From NCBI GenBank assembly GCA_000182565.2, contig KQ257453.1: 64,000 nt of DNA; one strand, given 5' to 3'. The translations under genes and the position numbers were made by a program. The notes under the pieces were generated by a model. The model searched no databases, was not told where the DNA came from, and was given only the letters and a program-made list of their open reading frames with translations. Below are positions 13,423-29,220 of the stretch, in pieces. This DNA comes from Spizellomyces punctatus DAOM BR117. Lineage: Eukaryota. The stretch's first letter is position 1. The number at the start of each line of letters is the position of its first letter.

Positions 13423-14112
13423 TCACAGACCCAACGCCCTCAGAGTATTGGCCCGTACAACCTCGTCAAATTTCTTGCGATCCTCTCTCCACATTTTTGA
13501 AGCCTCCACATTGGCCCCACTCTCGTCATTCGGCTCAGCAAGCATACTGACAACGCTTAGCAAGATCTTTTCGACACTTTGTACGGGGCTCCATCGTTCA
13601 GATGCGTGCTCGTACATGTTTGGGTCGTCGCCCGGCGGATGAAGGATCGAGATGCAGACTGTGCCATCAGCATATACTGCAAAACAGGGTCAATATTAAC
13701 ATCAAGCACACAAAGCCAGACTTTTATATACCATTTGGATGAAACATGGGACAAGTAAACTTCATAACGGGGGGTGAGAGAGGATAATCTTTAGGAAAGG
13801 TAAGTGTAGCTGAAAAGACACCACCCTCATAGGGTGTATCATCGGGACCTCTAACAACGCAACCCGCCCATCAGAAACGTCGTCCCTAAGGCATGTTATC
13901 AAGAATACATACGGAATAAGTGCTTCCCAAGTGAAGAAATCGTCCTCTGTTATCGGGCCAGCGGTAATACCCTCTGGTGGATTTGTTGTGAGTTCTGTTT
14001 TGATGCGGTACATGTAAGCTGGGAGATGAGTGCCTTTACAAATATTATGCATCTTACCCTTGTATTCTGTCATGAGCCGCTTTAGAGCGGTGGACCCTAT
14101 TCTGCGGTTCAT
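13423..14112 (-). CDS. UBC7: Ubiquitin-conjugating enzyme Ubc7/UBE2G2 (multi-exon)
   Basis: [55 protein letters not shown] (acidic loop of the Ubc7 class). Confidence 0.93.
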
Positions 14113-14715
14113 TGCACGCAATTCTCGCACGTCCAGACAAATGCTTGATTGCAGTCTCAGCTAGCACAACGCCCGATCATGTCATCTTGGGGCTAACGAT
14201 CACGTGCACATATGACTTGATTGGGTTCCAATGTCTTTCAGCCAACTTGTTCGTCGTTGTTGGTTTGAACAGAGCCATGGGACAGCAAAATGTTCTTACC
14301 GTGGCTCGACAGACTGAGCCATGGTAACTTGTGTGGAAATAAAAAGCTTTTTGATGTCCAGGTTTCCGTTTCCGTCTCCCCAAGTGGTGTCTGCGTGGTA
14401 AGTTGCGGCATAAATTGAGCCTTGGGACGGTCCCTGGAGACGTTGTCTTTGGGATTTGAATTTGAATTTTGAAGGAAGGCTTGGTCCAAACAAATGATGG
14501 AGCAGTTGGGTGTGTTTTTGGTCATGCCTTGCAGATTCCTACTGTTTTAAAAGTGACCAACCTCTCCCAAATGGGCGATAATCCCAGGTACATCTGTGGC
14601 ATTTCTACTTGGACTGAGTGCCCCGCCAAGCAACTCTCCAAAGGTTTCATATCTCAATCGTACGTATTCAACGTTAAAATTACAAACAGCTCTATATGAC
14701 AAAAACACCACCATT

Positions 14716-17663
14716 TTAATAGTTACATCTTAATCGCGCATTCTCCTCTCGTAATTGCTGTAATTCTGCCATCAGCGCTTGATTGGGAGAGTACTGGCGT
14801 ACCAGGTCCTCGATCTCACTCTAATTTCCACATGGCATACATCAAATTACAGCACAATCTGATTTAATTAGGGTAGCACCCACCTTTTGAATCCAAAATT
14901 GTCTCAGTATATCCAAATGCATGTTCTGGACATCTGCGCGCAATTGGGAACGAAACTCTTCCAGACAATCATTTACAACATTTTGCAGGACTTGATATTG
15001 GAAGGTCGATGGCTGCCGTCCGTGATGCATACCACCGTCCGCCGCTGAGACCAGATCAGATGCTGAATCCGTTAGAGTGTCCCCCACCATTCCTCCAGGT
15101 CCTGAACTTTTGGTGCCTCCTATACTGCTTCGACCTGCAGAGTCATCCGGTATCGAAGCCCATTTTCTCACTTCACCAACAATCCGATCGCTTAAGCCAG
15201 TCATGTCCACATGTTTGACCACATCAGATGTGGATGAGGTGGTGGTCTTTGTCTGTGCGCTGTTGGCAGGCACTTCCGCAACAGCTTGCGATGCAGGCGA
15301 AGCTCGTCTTGAGGATGTGACAGCCTCTCTGTGCGAAATGGTGGATAAAGCTGGTGCTGACACTCGTTTCGTAACGGCAGAAGGTACACGCTGTCGACCG
15401 TTCAGACTTGCGCTCCCATTTTCTTCAACCCATTTGTTCACCTTGAGGGACGGTTTTGTGCTGTGATCGTCAATGACAGCGCCCATATCGGTCACATGCG
15501 AGTGAGATCGTTCCGCGGTTGTTTCCTTGCCGATGGTCGCTTGTGGTTTGCTACCAGCTGCGGTGATCCGTTCCCAGAAAGACGCTGGCTTCGCCGATGA
15601 GTTCGTAGGCTCTTGGTCCCCATCATTCGTGCCAGGACCATCTTCTGGTGGAGACACTGTTGCGACCGGTGATGCATGACGAACACGTGTGGCGAGAGGT
15701 GAGAACATGCTATTGACTTTATCATGCCCCTATTAGCTCTTCTCGTCGTTTCGGATAAGCCACAGGGTGCAAGTATACCTGGATCATGAAGCGAAGCCAT
15801 CTGCGAGTGCTGGGATACAGCTTGTTCCATCGGTTGGATCGTGGGGGGATTCAGTGTTTGGGACGCTCGTCTCTGTACAGCAGTGGAAACGTTCTCGAAC
15901 GTGGGTTTACTCGTCTTTCGCTCTACTTCGTTCCGTATCCGGGAGAGATGGCTTTCATTTGATACTGCCGAGATGGATGTAGTCTTTGCGGATAATTCTT
16001 CTGTGCTACGGGATGTTGACTAGAAACGTGACATGCATTAGCATTGCGGGTCTCCAAGTGAGGATTCCATTCACGAACCTTGTGTAGCGATGTTTTGGAG
16101 ATGGGTCGGTCAGGTGCATCTGTTTTTGCTAATGAGAAATGTTAGCTCATATGAAGAACACGCGATATCACGCGAGCCACGAGATTCCAACACGAACCTC
16201 CGCCTTTGATCGGACTAAACATGCCCATAAACTCGCTTCCTTGGACTGCATTGACTCGACTCTTCTCAACTCGCATGGGACCTGAAATAGAACGAGATCC
16301 AGTTATCACAGGCTTTGCCTGCACATCCACGGAACTTTTCAAAGTCCCTCCTCGTGCTACAGGAACATCAGACCCTGCTATGTTGGACACCGACTGAAAC
16401 ATTGTGAACTAAAATTCTTGTAATTGAATGCATGCAACGGTAAGTTACCTTGGCTGTTTGAAATGCCACCGCAGTAACAGGACCGTTGTCAGTCGCACTG
16501 TGCAAGGTTGCTACCACGGCCTTAGACCTCATATCGTACAGCAAAGTTGATGCTGAACGACGCGGGATTGTCAATGTACAAGTCAATGCAATGGCCGCAC
16601 AGCCAGTCCGTCTCACACACCTTGTGAGGTTCCCATCGCAATCATATAGTCCCCATTCATACTACACGACATCAAGGGAACTTGTGCATCGAACGTTTGT
16701 ACCACACTGTTTTCACCAGAAAAAGAAGGGTTTGAACAAAATTCGCTTGAACCAAACAAGTTGAATGTTACTGACCTGTTCGTGGCCGCATCGTAACAAT
16801 GAAGTGCTTTATCCAGCCCAACAGTACAGAATAAATGCTTGTCGGTGGGAGCAAAACTGATGCCTTTCACAGGTGCCATGTGCGCGTCTTTGAACAGTCG
16901 CACGGGATCCCGCTTACTACTGTCCACATCCCAAAGGGCGACGCATCCTTCATCGCTTACTCCACAAAGTATTGACTTGCGGAGAGCGGAAAAGGCCACT
17001 TTGTTAACTGCCTGCAAAAAAATCGTCAATATGGGAGCGCGAACAAGTCAAAGGCGGCCGTCCCTTGGTCAACACCTGCCTGTTTGAATGGCGCTACCAA
17101 GGCTGTTACGGCACCATGTTTGAGTGAGTGCACCAAGAGTTTTCCAAGAGCAGAACCAGATGCACAACGGTGGTCATCATCTGAGCATGCCAGAGCCGTG
17201 ATTGCCGCTGTATGTCCCTATTTACATTCTTAAGCTTGCAACGTCATTCTCCCTTTTCTCGGGGCTTTTTGGTGGACGTGGATACTACCTTCAAGAACCC
17301 AACAGCCTTTCTATCTTTCACATCCCATATTTTGACTGTCTTTCCTGCACCACCGTAGAATACATATCGTGCAGACGCAATACCTGCCGCGACTGCCTGA
17401 AGATCTTCATTAGGTCCCCCAGGAACTGCCTCGATCGTACGTCCGTTTTTGTCGAGAAGGTACATGAACGATTTTGTCACCGCGGCAAGATACTTGCCAT
17501 CTGCACTCCAGGTCAAGTCCTGTACTTGAGCGCCGTTTTCTGGTAGCGCCATTGCTACTATGCGGGACGGGTAAGGACCAGAATGCGGGGTGGCAGGGAT
17601 GTCTGTCTGCCATACTCTGACCCCGTGGCAGGCCGATGCGAGTAGACAAGGAGTATCAGACAT
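14716..17663 (-). CDS. NEDD1: NEDD1/GCP-WD-like protein: WD40 N-terminus, low-complexity linker, C-terminal coiled coil
   Basis: WD repeats (VKIWDVK, VALWDV, HMAPVKGISFAP...TVGLDK, LLYDMR); C-terminus VNDCLEEFRSQLRADVQNMHLDILRQF...LREENARLR matches the NEDD1 gamma-tubulin-binding tail pattern. Confidence 0.78.
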
Positions 17664-18260
17664 GGTTGATAGCCTCCACTCGTGAGCGATATGGAACTAG
17701 CAGTTTGCAGCGACAATCCGGATTGCCGAAGGACATTTGCCAAAACCAAGATCAAGCTAGGGTTCGCGTACCTTGCTGCTTTCAAAGGTTACGTACTGGC
17801 ATGTCCGGAGGGACCGGACAGGAACACTAGTATCTACCAAACTTATGAAACAATGAATTCAAAAAAGTAATGTACTGGGAATTGCCTGCGTCTGTTGCAG
17901 ATCATAGGAGAAATTGGCGCCAGCATTTTTGCAGCGACATGGAAATAGGCTTAACCACCTTCTTGCTGTGACTACCTGTGACAAGACATATACTGCCACC
18001 TGACGACGGCCAAAGATTGGACAACCCTCCAAGTTCTGTGATTGTGATGTTGCATGACGAACTTTCTTATTACATGTACTCTTCTTATCCTGGAAACCAT
18101 GAGTGTGTGCTCCCCAAGAAACCAGCAAACGACGACAAAAAGCAAGATACTCGCAACCTTTGGCATCACGTAATCTCCAAGCACAGTCACTAACCATCCA
18201 TCGCGTTAGGTCAGAAAGCTGTCGTTTACGAAAACCCAACCGTTGACAAGGCGGCTCAAG

Positions 18261-21200
18261 ATGGGATGGGCGGGCGCCGAGCCACAGCATGAAGTTATCG
18301 AGATAAATGAGCTGAGGACCAGTCCCTCTTTGGAAGCGACTCATACCGTTGTAGAGGAGCGGTTCCTTGCATATCATCACTTGTCGGCGGACGAGGCTCA
18401 CAGGTGGTGCTACCTGCCATGCTCACAGTAGATAAAGCGACACTAATGGAAGTGCTGTTTATAAATGTTAGGCGGCTTTTGACTGCGGCTGATGAAGTAG
18501 TATCAGAATACCGCGCTAAGGCCTCCAACCAACAATGTAAGACAGGGGCGCCTTGTTGCTCAATGTCCAACTCTTTAACATAGGCTTGTTTGTCGTTTCC
18601 TAGCCATCACTGCCCCCATTTTCAAACAAAGCACAATCGTCAGCGCGCTGTCAGCACTCGGACTGATTGCCTTCTTTGTTTACGCCCGATTAGAAAGCTC
18701 ACCCTACCAATGGCGCGCCACCGCTGCACTTGTGGAAGCAGGGCTCCTTCTTGCTGCTCTGGTGTGGAATGTATGGCTTCAGATGCGGGAGTGGAGGCTT
18801 ACATCTATGGAAATGAGCATGCGGATTCAGTCAATTGTGGACCCATTGCGTAAATACGGTCTTAGTCGGAAGCCGGTACGTATTTTGTAGTGGTGTGGAT
18901 GGTTGGGGGCCCTGCACTAACCGCATGTGATCAGGATCTAAAGTTTCCCACCTCGATTCCAACCGTGTCTATCAGCCGAGTAATACGAGACCAATCTGTT
19001 TATACCCTACCATTCAATTTGATCGTTGAAGATGATATTGTTCAAATGGCGTACGGTGACATTGCTCCTTGTCGGATCAAATACGTCAGCAGCCATTTCG
19101 ATAATGCCCCTGGAACAGAGGACCAAGAATATATTCTGGAAAAGGGACAATTGTTTAAGCCAAGCCTTTTTGCTTCTCCTAATCCAACCCTGATGCGACG
19201 AGCAGCTTTAAACGAAGGACAGTTTCATTTCAGAGCGATGGAAACACCACTGAGGGATACACTCAAGAAAGCGCTCAACTTCCAACGGCCAGAGACAGTC
19301 ATTGCCCGTCAATTCGTCGTAATACGCGATTATTACTTTACTCGGCTTTTTTGGGTCGTGCTGGGTGCAGCACTGTTGATCAATGTTCTCCGATACAGCA
19401 TCAAAGCTGCCGTTCATTCAGAGTTCCGGGACCAAAGCGTGGAAATGCTTGTCGTTCTGCAAATATATACTATCCTTCCAATTTTACCTCTGGTTGTCCC
19501 AACGTTGTTTGTCATTATGAGGAGTTACGGAAATGCCCAGATTTTATCGCTTTTCGATGCGCTTCAGACGTCCAAAACGGAATTTGAAGATCAGGAGGAT
19601 GTGGATGAGTTCGATGCTGCACCGCCACCCACAAAGGATTTGGTGTTGGATTGGGGTACGATCTTGAGCGTTGAACGGTCTTTTGTGGATTGCCAACTAA
19701 TTTACCTGGTGATGCAGGCCTAGTGTGGAAACGCTTTTTGGATCAGTTTACCAATGTCGATGTTACCTTCCTTGCGCGAACCACTGGGTTAGTCGCGTCA
19801 CTCGCTAATACGACCGTGATCTGCGCCATCGATCGTGAGGGCACGATTTCATTGGTAAACGAACCTTGTCGAAAACTTCCAGCCTGCTACTCGTACCAAT
19901 GTTGTGTATCCTGTAGCCCACACCATCGGTAGAGCAACTTTTCTTCTTTGACGAGTCTGGTGACCCTGTCGTGCTTGACGTTGCGGAAGACAGCTCTGAT
20001 CATGTTGTGAGGTTTCACGATAAGAATTGGCAAGAGTATATTTCGTAGGTATCTCGCTTTTGCATCTGTTACATAATGCATCCGACTTGACAAATTGCTG
20101 TAGCTCTTTGAAACCGCTTGGACTCAATCTACTCTTGAACACGGATTGCGGCGCTTCTCTTGGCCGGATTCGATTGGACCATCATCGAAAGTCCAATGGA
20201 ATGCATTTGCATGGCCGGGTCAAATCAGCTCGGCAAGGTAACTGGCTTTCATAGTTTCCCCGTGTGAGTGAAAAGGTTTAATGCTTTTTCTTTATCCCAT
20301 CAGCGTGCCTATGCCAAGTTGGTCGACAAATAGGCTTCTCTTCTGATGCTTTGAAGTCCTTTGTTTCCCAAAAGGCTATTCACGCCTTTGCGCCTTATCA
20401 AGCAAATTTGAGCAACGGACCGGAATACCATTTTGAGATTCCGAGTTTCTTTGCACAAGTCTTCAAAGAAGCAGCTTCTGGTATGTGTCGTTGGCATTCT
20501 TGTGTGGCAAAGGCGGCGGCGGTTTTGATGGAGCTCACTCATGGGTAGTTTTTGGGCGGTAGAGACGTATCAACTTTTTTCCGAGGGGAATGTGGATTTG
20601 ATTATGGAGTCCTGTAGTGATTATTGGAATGGGAGGGGATTGGGGACCATGGACGAAGCGGTAAGTGTAATCCATGTTGGTTACTTAAATGTCAGGAAAA
20701 CTCAACTCGTCTTACCCTCCCAAAAAAACAGGCCGAAAAGAAAATCTTTGAATTCTACCAAAATGCTATCATAAGCGATGCCCAAATCGTTGCGTACTCC
20801 TACCGCCCCATCCAGCACCCTACCACTCTAATCTCGAAAACCACCCACCCACCAATTCGGCCCTACGTCGACTCAATCTATTTAGAACTCGACAATCCCG
20901 TCGAAACCATTTCGAAATCCAGTTCTCTGAACAAGCTTTCAGACACGGAAAAGTCTCCCTCTGGGCGTCCGAGATCCAAAGGAAATCGCAAGCGATATTT
21001 GAGCAACATTGACCGGCTGCAGACACCGGGGGAAGGGAAGAAACAGGTTTATCATGAGATTGTCAAGGGGCAGACGTTCTTGAGTATGGCTTCTTTAGCG
21101 TTTTTGCCCAAGGCGGTGAGTTGAGCGTATTGCCGTTGATGGGTTGAGTGCCAAAACTTATAGAATGCTGTAGAATGTCATTGACTTTATTGAGGATTTG

Positions 21201-23036
21201 GGGTTGGCTGGTATCCGGTTTGTTTATTTTTCCTCTGCACCGGAACGTGAAAGTAAAGGTACGCTCCTTCCACAAACAGTTTTCGTCAGTCGTATCACAC
21301 CAAACTGATTTCATAAAAACAGCCTACGCCGAACGCCTTGGCCTCGAAATCGATTGGAACAGCTGCATTCTCCTATCACCCGACAATGGGTCCACACCAG
21401 GGTACCTTGAGCTTCATGACATGAAAGCCAGACTACCACGTGGTGTCGACAAAATCCGGGACCATATTGAGAATGTTGATGACGTCCCGTTGCATGTCTC
21501 GCTTTTTGCAGAGTGTAATTCATACTCTGTTCGTGAGATGGTTCGGATTTTTCAGGAGCATGGGGAAGTTGTTTGTTGTGTTGGGAGTTCATTGAATGAG
21601 ATGAATGTCGAGTGTTTTGCGTTGGTATGGTTTCTTTTCAATTTCGATGGGGTTTGGAGTTGGTTGTTTGGCTCATGTATTTTTTTTGTTTTTTGTGGTG
21701 CAGGCAGATATTAGTATCGCCATTGACCCTCTTAGTGTCCTCAAAGCTCGTAATCATGCTTCAACGGGTCCGTTATCCCCGTTGAATGTGGGAGCAGGGT
21801 TCACGTCTCTCCCATGTGCGTTCTCGTTACATAACGATACGAGTATATACAGTTTGAGCCAGATTATTAGGGAGGCGAGGACTATTGCTGATCATGGGCG
21901 ACAGGTACGGAGTTTTCCGTTTGCTGTTATTTGATGAATCAGGGTTTTTTGATACTTTTTTTCTAGGCAGTTGTCTTTTACCTCTCATCCCAAACCAGTT
22001 TATGTCTTATCATGATCCTGTCTTATTGTCTCCTCTTTCCCCCCATCTTCACTGGATACCAACTCTTTTGGTTGTTGTGGATCATTCTCCCGCCTTTATC
22101 TTTGTCGTTTTTGTTTTCTCCGCATGACCCGCGGGTGATGACTACGATGCCTGGTATGTGGGTTTTGACAGTAGTGTTGGTATCTCGAATCAATTGGAGG
22201 CTGAATGATGAAAAACAGTCAAGAATACACATCACCTGAAAGACCGGTGGAGATTTGCCGTATATTTTTTGATTCGGTTTTCCGTACCGGTTGTACTTTG
22301 TGTTGCTGTTTTCGCCATGTACGTCTTTTGTGCATTTACCTCAACTGTCGACTTGGTAATCGCTGATTTTACTATCACAGATCCTTGTCGGTATTTAAAC
22401 CTGATCAGCCCTCCGATTCAGTCTTTGGCGATTTTGGAATTTCGTCTTGGATGCATTGGAGTGATGGTGAGCAGTGGGCCTTACTGTATGCCCAAAACTG
22501 CACGCTTTTTGTGTGGGTGTTTTTAATGGGTGCGTTTCGTGTGGTTTGATTTATTACGCTTTTTGGATACGCCATCCTGAGTGAGGGGTTATAGTGTGTA
22601 TATCGGCAACATGTTTGCATCGTATCGCGCATCTCAAATCATTCCCCCCGTATCGGAATCGGGTGTGGGTTGGCAGTGCGGTTACGAGGTTTGTTGGTCC
22701 TTACCAAAGTCGCATGCTAGTAACTCACACTTCATTGTAGTCTTGTACTGCAAACTGCCTTTTTCGCCATTTCCATCGCTCCACGCGGCCCGTACTCTCT
22801 CTCCCTTCTCCCCTGGTGGCTGTTTGTCATTGTGTTTGTGGGAGGACCAGTGCTGGCCGTGGGAGTGCAGGAAGCTGTCAAGATTCATGATCGCAGAGAG
22901 TGGGAGAGGTTCCAAAAGAGGAGTAAACTGGAGTTTAATACAAAGCTGTGAGTAATTTATGGATTTCGGTCTTTGGGTGTGCGGCGTTGATGATTATTTT
23001 CGTTGAATTATTAGGGGGATGCACTCGCCATTATGA
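18261..23036 (+). CDS. TMEM94: TMEM94/KIAA0195-like P-type-ATPase-related membrane protein (many exons)
   Basis: TTVICAIDREGTIS (19831), KARLPRGVDKIRDHIENVDDVPLHVSLFAEC..EMVRIFQEHGEVVCCVGSSLN, QADISIAIDP, and spliced C-terminus QKRSKLEFNTKLGMHSPL*; start codon uncertain. Confidence 0.82.
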
Positions 23037-23284
23037 GCGTCGCTGGCTGCTTACTTCTGGAGCAACGAAACTAAATAAGGAGATACGGAACGGGAATGCA
23101 CTGGTCCTTCCAAGTTATCGAAAAGTTGACCAACGCAAGATCAGGTCCCATTGTAATAGAACAAACCAAATAAAAGGGATGCAAATAATGTTATGAGAAA
23201 ACTTCTACAGAGAATCTAGAGCGCTGATAAAATACGAAATAAAAAAATGCTATCTACCGTGCTACGTTACCCAACCGGGTCTCA

Positions 23285-25198
<1,914 letters not shown>

Positions 25199-26341
25199 TG
25201 CTGTCGTCGTCGACACGATGGTGAGCAACTCGCTCGTTCTTTACGTTTACAATTCCAACTCACCTGCTGCCAAATCTGTTGCTCAAAACCTTTTTTTTGG
25301 GAATTGCCCAAACTTTTGTCAAAGTCATTTTGGCAATTCATCGATTATTCTAGTCACGTGATGGCCTTCCGTGCTTACCCGAATTCCGAATGAGGATCCG
25401 CGCGACTAAGCCGACGACCGGGTGCGGTACGACCCGTCGATTTCCGAAGAGTCCAAACTGCTCACAAAGCATTTGGATAAAACCATTGGTAAACGATGCA
25501 TGCACCCAGTGATGCACCCAGTGAACACCAAGGATTGTATTCAGTAATGTGTGTCAGTTCTCAGTAGAGTCTCGACATATGACAAGCTCATGGCACCACA
25601 GAGTCAAAGGATATATCATGCATCTTTTGGAACATTCTCTGCCAGATAACTTGCAAAAAATCGAATGACTCGAAAAGCGTCACACCTTCTCCGCCCGACA
25701 ACAACAAAAGTACATCCATGTGCCCGCAGGAGGAGAAAATTGCGCAGACAGCAAGGCCAGTAGAAAGCTGAATGGAAAAAGTGAAAACACCTACGAGGAC
25801 CATGCGGGGAGCTTCCAAATTCTACACAAAGAATGTGGAAATCGTATTAATGCAAGGGTAAAAATAAAAGCCATTCCGCACAGCAGCAGCTTCTGGCGCA
25901 ACAAGCAAGAAGCAAACACGTTCTGTTGGGTGATCAGCCAACTCCCCTCGTGCAAATGTCCTTCCAATCAACGAAGGAAACCCATCAAAAGACCCAATGG
26001 AAAGAGAATTGATCACACACAACAACAACACTTCCAATCGGGACGTCATGCGATCACGTGGAGTAGCATTCACGTGACAATGACATGAACCCGATCGTTG
26101 ATGACATCATGCCATTTTGGAAAAGACTCCGACTTTTAAACTCTGAAATTTTCTTTTTAAGTTGGGGACGATGCTGTTTTCCTTCCATTTGCTTTCCTTG
26201 TTTTTTGACTTGCTTTTTGATTCTCGCTGCATCACACGCTGCTACTGGATAGGCACCTTTCTTCTCCCGCCTCTCTTGTCGCTTGTCTATTCCTTGTCTT
26301 CTCCTCCTCCTCCTCCTTTATTGGCAACACACAAACGTTAC

Positions 26342-28278
26342 ATGTCACCTAGGTCTATTCCAGACGTTATCCCACGAGCCGCAGGCCCCGACGACGCTTC
26401 TTCTGAAGAGTACTCAGGGCCCAAAACAACCGACCCGCGCATTCACCCAGAACCGCACGTCACTCCACTTAAAAACCACATTGACGGCACACCCGACATT
26501 GGCAAACCATCCAATGGATGTAAGGGCCAGGAACAACAACGCGTTCAGGACGAGGAACTCAACAGAATTCTCAATTCACCACCCATAGTAACTTTTGAGT
26601 CTCCACGGAGGTCTTCGGACGACCAAAAACAACGCCAGCGCCATGGCCCGATCCTAAACCAAGACATTCTCGTTCAAGGCGCACAGCCCAACGGTGACAT
26701 TGGGTCCCAAATCGACCACCCGGAAGCTCTCACTGTCGAGCCAGGCAAGACCCACACAGAAACTCTCGTCGTCATCCCAACACACTACGTATTCATCTTT
26801 TCCAACCCGCGCTCGGGCAACCAACAAGGCTTGCCCCTCGTTCAAATGAACATTCAACACTACCGCATGCGCGACCAGCCTCATGTCCAGGTCCAATTGT
26901 ACGACTTTCTTGATGCCGAAGATCGTACGGCAGGCTTGAAATATCTCCACCTCATTGTCGCAAAACAAAAGAGTCTCAAACAGATCCATGTTTGGAGCGC
27001 CGGTGGTGATGGAACTCTCATGGGCGTTGTGGAGGGAATGCTCGACATGGGAATCGATGTCAACGACCCTCGCATTCTCTTTAGTGTCATCCCGTTTGGT
27101 ACCGGGAATGATTTGAGTCAGGTTCTCGGTTGGGGGCGCTATGTCCCTGGAACGGATGTCGCGGGTACCCATCTGGAAGGCTTGAACCAGCTAGTCATGG
27201 CGAGGTTACAGGGGCATGTTACACTCTTGGACATTTGGGAAGTGGAACTCGAAACAGAGGAAGGGGGATGGGTGGAGGAAGCGGGAAGTGGGGATAGGCA
27301 CCGCTACATCAAGCGCAAAATGGTACGCTGTTTTTTGGTTCATTTTATCAAAGGTATACCTTTGCTGATCGCTTGGCACAGTCCAACTACTCGTCTCTCG
27401 GACTTCAAGGCCGCGTGGGAGTCGGTTTCGAAAAGCACCGTCGTGGTTCGCGTCTTTTAAACGCATGGGAATACACTAAGCAATCCCTCAGCGTCGTTGC
27501 CCACGGTGCTCCCCATGTCACAGATGCTGTTCGTGCTCTTGAAGCTGAAGGCATGCTGTTTGAGTTGGACGGAGACAAATCGCTGCGCGTATCACATGAG
27601 CCTATCGAATTCATTATCCAAAACATTCCAGGGTAGGTCACGCTTTATTTATTGTCGTCCAATGCGCGTGCTAACTGATACGTTGACAGCATGTGGGGCC
27701 GACACGTTGACCTCTGGGGCGTCACCGAAATGTCTCGCAGCATCATCAAAGACCAACGTGGCCCAACCGACATGACACACTGGACTCCTCATGCAGCTTA
27801 CGATGGCAAACTCGAAGTATTCGGCATCGGCACTCTCCGTTCTTACTTCCACAAGCAATTCCCCTGGGGCCGCAAGCACCTCCAACGCGTCGGCCAATTC
27901 CCGTCCCCATTCACCGTGCACTTTCACCCCCACTCCCACGTCCACGCAATGATTGATGGCGAATTCTACGAAATCCGCGGCGCAAAGAAATTAACCTATA
28001 AACGCATCATGCAGATTCGCATGGTGGGCAGTGCGCCCGAGAAGAGCCGATTGGTCCGTGATCTGGTCGAACACAGGGCAGAATTGCCTGGCCCCACTGG
28101 CGAAGGTGTGGAACCTGGAGTGGATTTCGAGGTGGGCAAGACAGAATACGGTGAAGAATCCAAGGAAGATAAGAGGGAGCGACATTTGAGTGAACATAAA
28201 AGTCGACATGGGACCCCTGATAGAAGGAGTCGGGAGGCAAGTGCAGAGCGACCGGTGATGAGTGAGACAACCCGATAG
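26342..28278 (+). CDS. ATP-dependent diacylglycerol kinase (DAGK catalytic and accessory domains), 3 exons
   Basis: FSNPRSGNQQG, AGGDGT, IPFGTGNDLSQVLGWG, NYSSLG..G.V..GFEKHR, DGKLEVF, IDGEFY. Confidence 0.88.
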
Positions 28279-28535
28279 ACGGAACAAAACTATTTCTTTT
28301 GCTTTAATCTTTTTTCGTTTTTTTTTTTTTTTGGTTTTTGGAATTCATCCCGTCCCCATACGCCCATGATCCCTATCTGAATTGCCCCCTGATACTTTTT
28401 TTTTTTTTGAGTCCCCTTGCTTTTAATTCACCATGCAAATTGATAAATATATAATACATACATTAGAATCCGTCATCGCATCCCTATTTTTCACTGCTAC
28501 GCCATTAATGTGTCAGCCATGTAAAATTGTATCAT

Positions 28536-29220
28536 CTACTTGTTCTCTGATTTTGATAACAAGGCACCCAGTATCAGCCCTACGACCAACCCCACCTTTA
28601 CTACCGGGTATGCATTGACCCAGATTGTCAACATCCCCAAAAAGGGAAAAAATCCCCAAACTCGCCCAACAACTTCATGTCTCTCAACCCATATTTTTCC
28701 AATAGGATAAATCTCTCCTCCTCGATCATCCTCCCTATTATTATCTCCCTTGGTCAATACAAGGTCATGTGTCGCGTTCTGATGAAGTTGAATGACACGG
28801 TGCACGATTGGTATCGGTTTAGAATCAATCTTAAAGACCACTATATCGCCAATGTGTATTGGATGGGGGTTGGTGAGGAGGAGGATGTCTCCGCGATTAA
28901 ATGCCGGATGCATGCTTTCACTGAATAGATTTTGTTTTTGATCAGATCAGAATGACTGGATTTATATGAACAGGATCGTACGTACGTCAAAACAACAACA
29001 ACAGGCGATTCCGTCTGTGTCAACAATACCAATCCCTTCCAAATCATCATGGCGGTGGATAAAATCAAAAGTACAGATAGCACCTGATGTGTCGTCTGTC
29101 AAATTTGTTTAAACACATGGATGGCCACTTTGAGACCCAAAGGTGATGTACCTGACGAATCGGTAGAGCACGTATCTTGCCTCGAACGTCCATCCTCGAT
29201 ATGATATTTCCAGCACTCAT
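28536..29220 (-). CDS. SEC11: Signal peptidase complex catalytic subunit Sec11 (multi-exon)
   Basis: MIWKGL...ESPVVVVLT|ESMHPAFNRGDILLL, IPIVHRV, LTKGDNN..DDR. Confidence 0.9.

Noticed and set aside
16148-16157. 10-nt match (catatgaaga) to the predicted Fanzor guide inside the NEDD1-like gene
   Set aside because: Preceded by AGCT rather than CATA and mismatched from position 11; compatible with chance
28905-28990. SEC11 active-site motif reads TESM instead of SGSM
   Set aside because: The catalytic Ser, His (IVHRV) and Asp residues are retained, so this is ordinary divergence
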